Part shown: piece after piece, positions 28,940 through 37,298 of the stretch | Position numbering within the stretch: position 1 is the stretch's first letter | Layout of the letters: each line of letters opens with the position of its first letter | Source: Thermomicrobiales bacterium | GTDB taxonomy: Bacteria > Chloroflexota > Chloroflexia > Thermomicrobiales > CFX8 | NCBI GenBank assembly: GCA_041390865.1 | Contig: JAWKPC010000009.1 | Coordinates: forward strand, 4,933-68,932 | Direction: 5' to 3' | DNA length: 64,000 bases | Program-made: the position numbers and the translations under genes | The notes under the pieces: model-generated | The model's database searches: none | The model's input: the letters and a program-made list of their open reading frames with translations, nothing else | Told to the model about the DNA's origin: nothing

Positions 28940-31900
28940 TCAGTCCAGATACAGGATATGGCCCAGTACTTGGCAGACTCTTAGCGGTTTCCGTGCGTTT
29001 GCAGCATGCGAGACTCGCTGTCCAGAATCTATCTGACGCTGCAGGCGCGACATCCCGAGTTGGTGCGCGGTCTGTTGGGCAGATGAGGAGAGTTCAATCG
29101 CTCGTTCACGGTCTCCCGCTGCATCGCGTTCAGGAGCACATCGGCCAGAATTACCCGCGAATGGGCTACATAGACAGGCAATCTCATGGATTTGTGCGCT
29201 TGATACGCATCTTCCAGGTGCTTGACGGCGACGGTCCAGATTGCCAAGGCAAGCGGCAAGCAAGCCCAGATAGAGCGAGACGGTGCCGTAGATCACGACG
29301 TTCCCACCGCCACTTACGATTTGGCCATCATGAGGCTTCAGGAGGTCATAGAGCACGCTCGTAGCATGTTTGTCATTGACTGCTGTCGCCGTTAGGGACA
29401 GCATTGCGATGTTCGGTAACCACAGCAGATTCCTCGGAATGTCAGCGAACTCTTTGTTCGTCAGGCGTGCAATCTCATTTCGAGGCCCCTCTGTTTCACC
29501 GAGATCGCTTTCGATTAACTTGACAAGGATCGAGTAGTGGGACGGATGTGAATGCCGGCCGGCAACTTCCTGAGCTAGCTCCAGAATGTCTTGTTGCCGG
29601 TCCTGTTCACGGTAGATGAACGTCAACTGCGTTAAATAGGCGCCCAGCGACTGGACTGGCGCAGCCCGCCGACCAATCGAAAGAGCTTGCTCCGCCAGCT
29701 CTTCGGCTTCTTTGAAATCGCCGCGTGCGAGAGCGTACATTGCTTGTCGGAACGTTGCAGCCCAGATGTTTCGGGGTTGACGAATCTGATGAGCGATCTC
29801 AGAGTAGACACGATTCTCCTGGTTTGCGGATTCGAGATCGCCAGCTTCTATGAACTCGAATATTCGCCATGCATGGCTCAGGAGCAATTGCTCTCGATTA
29901 TCGAGTTGGGTTGCTAGCTTGATGACTTCTGATGTGTTGCGCAGACGCTCCGAACTATTGTCCGGTCCTTGAAGAACGTAGTGCCTTGCCAGCTTTGCAC
30001 GCATCTCGATCTCGGCGTCGGCATTATCGGATGCGATCTTCAGGGCCTCTCTGACCATTTTCTGTATGCGCGTTGCACCGTTAGTAATGGCGACGTTCGC
30101 TCCAGCGATGTCACGAACTAGTGCACCGAGTACCCGGACATAGAGTCGGGGATGTTGATCATCCAGTCGGTTTCTTGCCTCTTCAAGCAGAGCAACATAG
30201 GTGCCGTCGTAGTCACCCAGTTGGAACGCCGTATCCGAAATGCCGACAGCCGACCGAGCGTACAGGACCGGATCTTCTAAACCTTCCGCGAGGTCGACGG
30301 CCCGCTCATAGGCTGCCAGTGCCTTCCGGGCGTCTCCGACACTACGTTGTGATTGACCCAGAAGTAATAGCAGCTCGTGCTGGCTATGGGGATTAGCGTC
30401 AGCCTGTTGATCGAGGATGTTCAATGCCTCCTCGAAATATTCTCCGGCCTCTTCATAGGCGATGCCTGCCAAGGCCTGTTTCCCAGCACGCGTCAGATAC
30501 GTGACAGCCTGTGCATGAGCTCCAACTGGAACAGCGATCGAAAAGTGATGGGCGAGTTCGACGACATGATCGTCCGGATCTTCTGCAAAGCACTCTTCGA
30601 TTGCCTCTCCAGTCCGCAGGTGCATCCGCAGGCGGCGGGCCTGGGAGAGGTCGTCGTAGAGGGTCTGGCGGGTGATGGCGTGGGTGAAGCGGAAGCCGCC
30701 GGGGGTCGGGGGCGATTCGACGATCAGGCCGGTGCCGAGGGCTTCTTCCAGGGCGTCGAGCGTGGCCAGCTCATCCAGATCCGCGACCTGGGCGACGATC
30801 GGGAGCTCGAAATCGCGGCCGGAGACGGATGCGGTGGTCAGAACCTGGTGGGCGGTGTCGCTCAGCCGGGCCGTGCGCAGCGCGATCGTCTCCCGGATGC
30901 CGTGGGGGATCATCAGGCGCCAGGACCGGACGTCCTCCGGGTTGTTGAGTCGCTCTTCCTCTATTAGTAGGGCCACGATCTCACGAACGAAGAAGGGATT
31001 GCCCTCGGTCTGATCGTGGATTGCGGCGGCTAGTCCGTTCGGTGTCTCGCGGCTAGTCACCAGCTCGATATAGCGGTCGATGTCGGCCACACTCAGTCCT
31101 TCGAGGTTGATCCGCTCGTTCGCTTCGTGGCGAGCAAGCTGTCCGAGGGTGCGGGTTAAGGGGTGGCCCCGATCAACCTCGACGTGGCGGTAGGTGCCGA
31201 GGATCAGCAGGCCGGTCTCGGCGACCTCGCGAGCCAGGAACTCGAGCAGCAACAGCGACGAGCGGTCGGCGCTGTGGAGATCGTCGATGATCAGTGCCAG
31301 CGGCGCGCGCCCGGCGGCGTTCTTCAGGAAGGTTGTCATGCTGTCGAAGAGTCGAAATCGCTCGCCGTCGGGATCGAGCGGCGGCGGCTCCTCCAGATCG
31401 GGCAGCCGGTCGCGTAGCTCCGGGGTGATCCGTGCGATGTCGGCGGCCCCTGGTCCCATGACCTTCTGCAATTCGGCGGTCGAGCGTCCCTCGACGTAGC
31501 TGCGGACGATCTGCACCCAGGGCCAGTAGGCGGGCGCGCCGTCGCCCTCGTAGCAGCGGCCCCAGAGCGTGCGGACACCCTGAGAACCGGCGTAGCGCAG
31601 GAACTCTTCCGACATGCGCGTCTTGCCGATGCCCGGCTCGCCGGCAACCAGGATGATCTCACCTTCGCCGCCGATAACTCGCTCCAGCGCCTCCTGCAAG
31701 ACGCCGAGTTCCTGGCTCCGCCCGACGAAATCGCCGGCACGGCCGAGGAAATCGGCGATCGATTCGGTGATCTCCGGTCGGGATTCAGGTTCTGCCGTCA
31801 CCGGCTGTTCGACCGTCCAGGTCTGGAAGGGGAAATCGCCGGAGAGGATCGCGCCGTAGAGATCGTCGGTCTCCGGTTCCGGCTCGAGATCAAGCTCCCG

Positions 31901-32689
31901 TTCAAGGATTTCCCGGACCCGCTCGTACTGGCGCAGCGCCTGCTGGCGGCGGCCGGTCAACGCATAGAGCTCCATCAGCTGGCGATGGGCTCTTTCCCGG
32001 TCCGGCTCGATCGCGACAATCCGCCGCAATGCGTCGATAGCCGGTGTCGCCTCGCGGCGGGCAACATGCAGCCGGGCCAGACGGTCGAGCAGCGAAAGAT
32101 ACTGCTCGTGCAGAGCGATCCGGCGTTCTGCAGCCCAGTCCTCATAGAGATCGTCTGGCAACAGATCTCCGCGGTAGAGATCGAGCGTCTCGTAAAAGCG
32201 ACCGGGATCGTCTGCTGTTTGGAGATCGCGGGCGCGCTCTTCAAAGACATCGACATCGATCCAGAGGGGGGCGGCCGGGTCAAGACTGAGGATGCCGCGT
32301 TGGAGCCGGAGGATGCGGTTCGGTTTCTCGTCGGGTAGGAGCGCGCCGAGCGTTCTTCGTGCAACGTGCAGCGCCTGGTGGAGATTGTTCGAGCCGGCGT
32401 CGGGATCGAGATCCGGCCAGAGCAGCTCGACGAGCTGTTCGCGGAGGATACTCTGGCCAGGGGCGAGCACGACGATCTTGACCAGGCTGCGTGCTTTGGC
32501 CAGTCGCCAGCCGTCGTCGGGGATTTCGCTCGCTCCACAGGCGATCCGGAATCCGCCGAGCAGCTCGATGCGGAGCGCTTCCAATTGCGTTTCTGCCGAC
32601 ACCGCCCCCGCTTCCTCTCGCGGATGTAGTCCCTCACGTTCTGTGGGGTCGTGTTCGTGCAGTACTTGTTTAATTGACTGTGATAGCAA
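28940..32689 (-). CDS. AfsR-like SARP regulator: OmpR-type wHTH + BTAD + AAA/STAND ATPase + TPR array
   Basis: Intact 1249 aa. wHTH/BTAD: LRIELLGGFRI..LVELLWPD..YRGDLLPD..AHRQLMELYALTGRRQQALRQYERV. Walker A: LVAGEPGIGKTRM. The C-terminal half is TPR-like. Confidence 0.85.
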   Translation of the reverse strand: MLSQSIKQVLHEHDPTEREGLHPREEAGAVSAETQLEALRIELLGGFRIACGASEIPDDGWRLAKARSLVKIVVLAPGQSILREQLVELLWPDLDPDAGSNNLHQALHVARRTLGALLPDEKPNRILRLQRGILSLDPAAPLWIDVDVFEERARDLQTADDPGRFYETLDLYRGDLLPDDLYEDWAAERRIALHEQYLSLLDRLARLHVARREATPAIDALRRIVAIEPDRERAHRQLMELYALTGRRQQALRQYERVREILERELDLEPEPETDDLYGAILSGDFPFQTWTVEQPVTAEPESRPEITESIADFLGRAGDFVGRSQELGVLQEALERVIGGEGEIILVAGEPGIGKTRMSEEFLRYAGSQGVRTLWGRCYEGDGAPAYWPWVQIVRSYVEGRSTAELQKVMGPGAADIARITPELRDRLPDLEEPPPLDPDGERFRLFDSMTTFLKNAAGRAPLALIIDDLHSADRSSLLLLEFLAREVAETGLLILGTYRHVEVDRGHPLTRTLGQLARHEANERINLEGLSVADIDRYIELVTSRETPNGLAAAIHDQTEGNPFFVREIVALLIEEERLNNPEDVRSWRLMIPHGIRETIALRTARLSDTAHQVLTTASVSGRDFELPIVAQVADLDELATLDALEEALGTGLIVESPPTPGGFRFTHAITRQTLYDDLSQARRLRMHLRTGEAIEECFAEDPDDHVVELAHHFSIAVPVGAHAQAVTYLTRAGKQALAGIAYEEAGEYFEEALNILDQQADANPHSQHELLLLLGQSQRSVGDARKALAAYERAVDLAEGLEDPVLYARSAVGISDTAFQLGDYDGTYVALLEEARNRLDDQHPRLYVRVLGALVRDIAGANVAITNGATRIQKMVREALKIASDNADAEIEMRAKLARHYVLQGPDNSSERLRNTSEVIKLATQLDNREQLLLSHAWRIFEFIEAGDLESANQENRVYSEIAHQIRQPRNIWAATFRQAMYALARGDFKEAEELAEQALSIGRRAAPVQSLGAYLTQLTFIYREQDRQQDILELAQEVAGRHSHPSHYSILVKLIESDLGETEGPRNEIARLTNKEFADIPRNLLWLPNIAMLSLTATAVNDKHATSVLYDLLKPHDGQIVSGGGNVVIYGTVSLYLGLLAACLGNLDRRRQAPGRCVSSAQIHEIACLCSPFAGNSGRCAPERDAAGDRERAIELSSSAQQTAHQLGMSRLQRQIDSGQRVSHAANARKPLRVCQVLGHILYLD

Positions 32690-32712
32690 CGTAGCGAATA
32701 CCGATCATTAAG

Positions 32713-33189
32713 TCAATGCTCTGGGGCCAGATAAATGTGTGGTTCACTGATTGCTGCCCAACGCCCGCCGCTCTGGCGGAACTCCGTATTGATATGCCCG
32801 ATCTCGTGGCATTGCCAGTCACCCTCCTCCCGGTTCATCCCGCCGATGACCATCGAAAGCTGAACCCGATCATCTCGCCAGACGGCGGGTCGAAAGGCGA
32901 GGAAGCCGACTTCCTCGTCGAGGAGCAGCTGCTCTTCCGTCATGAGCTCGTCGAGCGCCAGAACATCGAGTCGCCGCGGAAGCTCGTCCAGCTTCAGCGA
33001 TTGAGCGAGGTTCGACTGCACGATCTTCATCGGGATTTCACGAAGCCTATGGCCTCTCGGGAAGATCTGGATTGGACGGCGGGTGCCGGGCAATCGTTCC
33101 CCGAGCATGACCGCGATCAGGACAATCTCCTGCAGGTATCCGAGAATCGAGTCTGAGCTGGTGTTCTGGGAATCGTAGCTGTTGGTCAT
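32713..33189 (-). CDS. hypothetical protein (158 aa), first gene of the SARP-containing run
   Basis: GAGGAGG lies 6 nt before the ATG at 33187-33189. The stop is 23 nt upstream of the SARP start. No family recognised. Confidence 0.5.
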   Translation of the reverse strand: MTNSYDSQNTSSDSILGYLQEIVLIAVMLGERLPGTRRPIQIFPRGHRLREIPMKIVQSNLAQSLKLDELPRRLDVLALDELMTEEQLLLDEEVGFLAFRPAVWRDDRVQLSMVIGGMNREEGDWQCHEIGHINTEFRQSGGRWAAISEPHIYLAPEH

Positions 33190-33386
33190 CGTAGGCCTCC
33201 TCGTTCGAGGGATAATGGCTGCCACCCGGAACACAACGTCCACCGGGAGAGCAACCCGGCCTTACCACCGGTTGCGGTTTTACATGTGCTCTGCCCCCCC
33301 GCTTCGCTTGGACGGTGCGTTGTGCCATTCGCTAGTAGGACCCGGCACTCATCGCGTGGCGCCTGCGAACTTAAGCTGTTGTCCGG

Positions 33387-33418
33387 AGTGTGAGCACCCG
33401 TTCTTAGCAATTTCTTAA
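33387..33418 (-). promoter_or_regulatory. Site C: tandem heptads at 11-bp spacing upstream of the hypothetical-SARP operon
   Basis: Read on the minus strand: TTAAGAA (33418-33412), attg, CTAAGAA (33407-33401), an 8-nt spacer cgggtgct, then CACACT (33392-33387, a weak -10). About 200 nt upstream of the ATG at 33189. Confidence 0.35.
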
Positions 33419-33853
33419 CAGGTCCAGACGCGCGGTAAGGAGTGGCGGGCTGCCCCGACTGCTCGCGTGCTACCGGAACGCGCGGGTGGACTACGATCGC
33501 CAGCACAGGGTGACTTGTCGTTCGGGGAGTAGACGCTGACGTGAAACAACCCGTCGGGTTGGAGTTCGAGGCGTTCGGACACCTGGTGACGTACCCTCGC
33601 GACGGGCGGAATCTTTCCTGCTACCTCTTGCTGCCGGAGTTTGCCGCCGGCCCGACGAAGTCTCTCAGGCCGGGTTACGCTGCCTTCTCTTCTGTGAGTC
33701 CCCGGCCGTTGGAGCCGCGACATCGAGCTGTTTCTGGAACGATGGGTGCGAGCACGATCGATCGATATTCGACGGCGCGCTTTGACGGCCGGGCAGGACT
33801 CTTCTACGATCTGCCGATTGGATAACTGGACGATCATCAGAAAGTCGAGAAGG

Positions 33854-34657
33854 ATGAACTGGAATCAGCTTGAAGCCGCCGTTCGAGAGAATGAACAGTA
33901 CGGGACGGTCGGCGTCGCCGCGATCGGACCGGATGGCAGCGTTTGGTCGCACAACGGCGATCGGAAGTTCAAGGCGGCCAGCACGGTCAAGATCCCGCTC
34001 ATGGCCGAGATCTACCGAAAGGTCGAGGCGGGCAACGCCTCGCTGGATGACCTGCACACCCTGCAAGCCGATGAAAAAGCGCCCGGCAGCGGCGTCATGC
34101 TGCATCTCCACGACGGTGTTGAGCTGACGCTCAATGACCTGATCTACCTGATGATCTCGATCAGCGACAACACTGCCACGAACCTCCTGATCCGGATGGC
34201 CGGGATGGACGCGGTCAACGCAACGATGCAGGAACTGGGGATGGCGAACTCCAATCTGGGCCGTGAGATGAAGAACCGCGCCGCCGAGGGAGACGAGGAA
34301 GAGAACTGGGCCGCGCCGAACGACTACGCGGCCGTCGTACAGGCGATTCTCGATGACAAAGCGGCCTCGGCCGGGTCGTGCGCGGCGATGCGCGAGATGC
34401 TCCAGCTTCAGCAGAACAAGCGCCGTATTTCTCGCTACCTGCCTGAAGATGACGGCATCGAATGGGGCAGCAAGACGGGCAGCATCAAAGACGTCACTAA
34501 CGATGTCGGCTACGTTCGGACCGATAAGGGCACGCTGATCATCGCCGTCTTCTGCGAGAACATGGCGAGCCAGGCGCGGGGCGAGCGGATGATCGCCGAC
34601 ATCACCCGGGCGGCGTTGCTTGATACCGGCGTCGTCGAGCCGCTGCCGATAACCTGA
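33854..34657 (+). CDS. class A beta-lactamase-related serine hydrolase
   Basis: SxxK (AASTVKIPL), SDN (SISDNTA) and KTG (GSKTGSI) are all present. ATG at 33854. No signal peptide is evident. Confidence 0.8.
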   Translation: MNWNQLEAAVRENEQYGTVGVAAIGPDGSVWSHNGDRKFKAASTVKIPLMAEIYRKVEAGNASLDDLHTLQADEKAPGSGVMLHLHDGVELTLNDLIYLMISISDNTATNLLIRMAGMDAVNATMQELGMANSNLGREMKNRAAEGDEEENWAAPNDYAAVVQAILDDKAASAGSCAAMREMLQLQQNKRRISRYLPEDDGIEWGSKTGSIKDVTNDVGYVRTDKGTLIIAVFCENMASQARGERMIADITRAALLDTGVVEPLPIT

Positions 34658-34670
34658 TCGGTATCGACGA

Positions 34671-35486
34671 ATGACTGTAACCTGGCCGTTGCTGCACTAT
34701 GAGCTCGATGACTACACCGAGCCGTGGAGTGCTGAACCTGCCCCGGTCGTGCTGTTCCATCACGGGCTGGCCGGGAACGGGGAGCTGTTCCGTGCCTGGG
34801 TGCCGTTCCTGGCTGACCGTTTCCGGGTGCTGCGGATCGATGCCCGGGGACAGGGCCGGACGCCGAAGCCCGGGGGCTACGAGTGGTCGGCGGATTACTT
34901 CGTGCAGGACGTCGTCGACCTGCTCGACCATCTGGAGATCGAGCGGGTTCACTGGGCCGGATCGTCGGGCGGCGGGATCATTGGCCAGCACGCCGCGATC
35001 ACCGCTCCCGGCCGCATTGCCTCGCTGACGCTCATCGCGACGACGCCGCGTTTCCGGAGCCCGACCGAGAACCTCGATGACTGGCTTGCCCCGCTCATGC
35101 GCGGCGATGCCCGCGAGTTCTTCCTGCAGGACGTCGAGCGGCGCTTCGGCACCGGGAATCCGGAGCGGACCGACTGGATCGTCAACGAGATCCTCCGGAC
35201 GCCGACGAAGACGATCGAAGATCTCCACCGCTGGGTCGTTGGCGTGGATCTCGTGCCGGATCTTCCGAAGATCCAGTGTCCGGCACTGATCATTACCGGC
35301 GAGCACGACACACTGACCGACCTGAGCGACGCGAGTTTGATGGAGCAGCACATCCCCGATGCCCGCCAGCATGTGATCGAGGGCTATCCACACAACGTCG
35401 GTTACACCCATCCGCATTTGGTAGCGCCGATCCTGCGGCAGTTTCTGGATGAGGTAACCGGTGCGGATCGGAGAGAATCAACATGA
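34671..35486 (+). CDS. alpha/beta-fold hydrolase
   Basis: Intact 271 aa with HG oxyanion (VLFHHGLAGNG), a nucleophile elbow (WAGSSGGGIIG) and a C-terminal His region (..IEGYPHNV..). Confidence 0.85.
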   Translation: MTVTWPLLHYELDDYTEPWSAEPAPVVLFHHGLAGNGELFRAWVPFLADRFRVLRIDARGQGRTPKPGGYEWSADYFVQDVVDLLDHLEIERVHWAGSSGGGIIGQHAAITAPGRIASLTLIATTPRFRSPTENLDDWLAPLMRGDAREFFLQDVERRFGTGNPERTDWIVNEILRTPTKTIEDLHRWVVGVDLVPDLPKIQCPALIITGEHDTLTDLSDASLMEQHIPDARQHVIEGYPHNVGYTHPHLVAPILRQFLDEVTGADRREST

Positions 35487-35686
35487 CCGATAACGACCAG
35501 GCGGTCGATCGCGACGAGGTTCGGACGCTGGCGAGACTGGCCGGATTGCCGATGCCTGACGAACGTCAGGAGCAGCTGGAGAGGACGCTGTCGGCCTACC
35601 GGGCCAACATTGCCCGCCTGCGGGGTGTAGATCCCGGCAGCGCGGAGCCGCCGGCGATCAGCTACGAGAGCGAGGTGCCGCGATAG
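35483..35686 (+). CDS. GatC-like small protein (candidate amidase partner subunit)
   Basis: 67 aa. VDRDEVRTLARLAGLPMPDERQEQLERTLSAYRANIARLRGVDPGSAEPP follows the GatC pattern. There is an ATGA overlap with the upstream gene and it sits immediately 5' of the amidase. Confidence 0.6.
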   Translation: MTDNDQAVDRDEVRTLARLAGLPMPDERQEQLERTLSAYRANIARLRGVDPGSAEPPAISYESEVPR

Positions 35687-35695
35687 CTGCGCACG

Positions 35696-37113
35696 ATGCA
35701 ACCGATCTCTGCTTCGCCCCGATCGAGGATCTCGGCGGGCTGCTGGCGAAAAAGGATCTATCGCCGGTCGAGCTGACCGGGGCCGTCCTGGATCGCGCCG
35801 AGCGCCACAACGACGAGATGCGCGTCTACATCACGATCGTGCGCGATGTCGCGCTCGAACAGGCGCGGCAGGCCGAGCGGGAGATACTCGACGGCGGCTA
35901 CCGGGGACCGATGCACGGCATTCCGATCGCCTTGAAGGACAACGTCGAGACGCAAGGTATCCGGACGTCATGCGCGTCGCTGGTCGACCCGGACTGGGTA
36001 CCGAACTCCGATGCGACGGTCTACCGGAAGCTTCGCGAGGCCGGCGCGATCCTGATCGGCAAGGCGAATCTCTTCGAATACGCCTTTAGCATGACTGACG
36101 CCTTCCCTCAGCCGCTGAACCCCTGGCATCCCGAGCGAACCTCAGCCGGCTCGAGCTCCGGTTCGGCGGTCGCCGTCGCGATTGGTATGGCCCAGGGGTC
36201 GATCGGCTCGGACACCGGCGGTTCGGGCCGTATGCCGGCGCATGTCAATGGCGTCGTCGGGCTGAAGCCGACCTATGGCCGGGCCAGCCGGGCCGGACTC
36301 GTACCGCTCAGCTTCAGCCTCGACAATCCCAGCGTCTTCGCCCGGACCGTCCGCGGCGCCGGGCTGATGATGGAGGCGATCTCGGGACACGATCCTCGCG
36401 ATGAATACTCTGCCGCTGTCGCGGTGCCGGACATGACCGGCAAGATCGGTCGGGACATTACCGGCCTGCGGATTGGTGTGGCTCGCGGCTACACCATCTC
36501 GGGCGTCGATCCCGATGTCGATGCTGCGATGGCACGCGCGCTGGCCGTGCTCCAGGGGCTTGGAGCCAGCGTCGACGAGGCCGACCTTCCCTATGTCGAG
36601 CATTGCGTAGCCCTGCAGAACGCGATCATGCTGACCGAAGCGGCGAGCGTGCACTACAAGACGGTCCGCGAGACGCCGGAGCTGCTAGGTGAGACCGCCC
36701 TGATGCGGCTCGACATGGGCAGCGTCATCCCGGCAACGGACTACATTCACGCCCAGCAGGTCCGGAAATTGATGCGGAACGCCTTCCGCGAGCTGTTCGA
36801 GCGGTTCGACGTCATCATCGGGCCGGCGAATCCTGCCCGGGCTGGAGCCGCCGGTAGCTGGATGACCGAGATCGAGGGCAAGGCATACGATCTGCGGCAG
36901 GTTGGGCCTGAGTACACCGGTATCTACAATCTCGCCGGCATCCCGGCCATTGTCGTTCCGGCGGGATTCACCAGCGAGGACACGCCGATCGGTCTCCAGA
37001 TCGCCGGTCCCTGGTTCGACGAACCGACCGTTCTCCAGGTCGCCGGCGCCTACGAGCAGGCTACCGACTGGCACGCGAAACGGCCGCCGTTGCCGCGAGA
37101 CCAGGCGGCGTGA
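35696..37113 (+). CDS. amidase-signature (GatA-like) amidase; 5' end out of frame with the only nearby ATG
   Basis: IALKDNV and ..TSAGSSSGSAVAVA.. are signature motifs. The conserved N-terminal helix (DLCFAPIEDLGGLLAKKDLSPVELTGAVLDR) is in frame with ORF 35818..37113 but has no in-frame start. The ATG at 35696 is shifted by one base. Confidence 0.8.
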
Positions 37114-37212
37114 CTGCTCCCCGTTTTTTCGGTCCAGCGATAATGAGAGTTGTTACGGCGAAGAATAGTTCGGATTATTCGCAGAGTATGTGGATGGCAA
37201 CGATGTGATCAG

Positions 37213-37243
37213 TGTAGAGACGCGCCGTCGGCGCGTCTCTACA
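37213..37243. terminator. Perfect 14-bp-stem hairpin between convergent genes
   Basis: TGTAGAGACGCGCC gtc GGCGCGTCTCTACA lies between the amidase stop (37113) and the LacI-family stop (37299). Confidence 0.55.
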
Positions 37244-37298
37244 TGGAACGACGATGCTGGTGAATGATGTGGGATAGATCACCGCATTCTCTGGGCGA

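Noticed and set aside
33190-33853. A 660-bp gap between divergent genes, examined for a riboswitch, sRNA or small gene (ORFs 33541..33825 and 33415..33837).
   Set aside because: No motif I recognise apart from the site C heptads. The ORFs are Arg-rich or lack an RBS. It may contain a long 5' UTR, but nothing specific can be supported.
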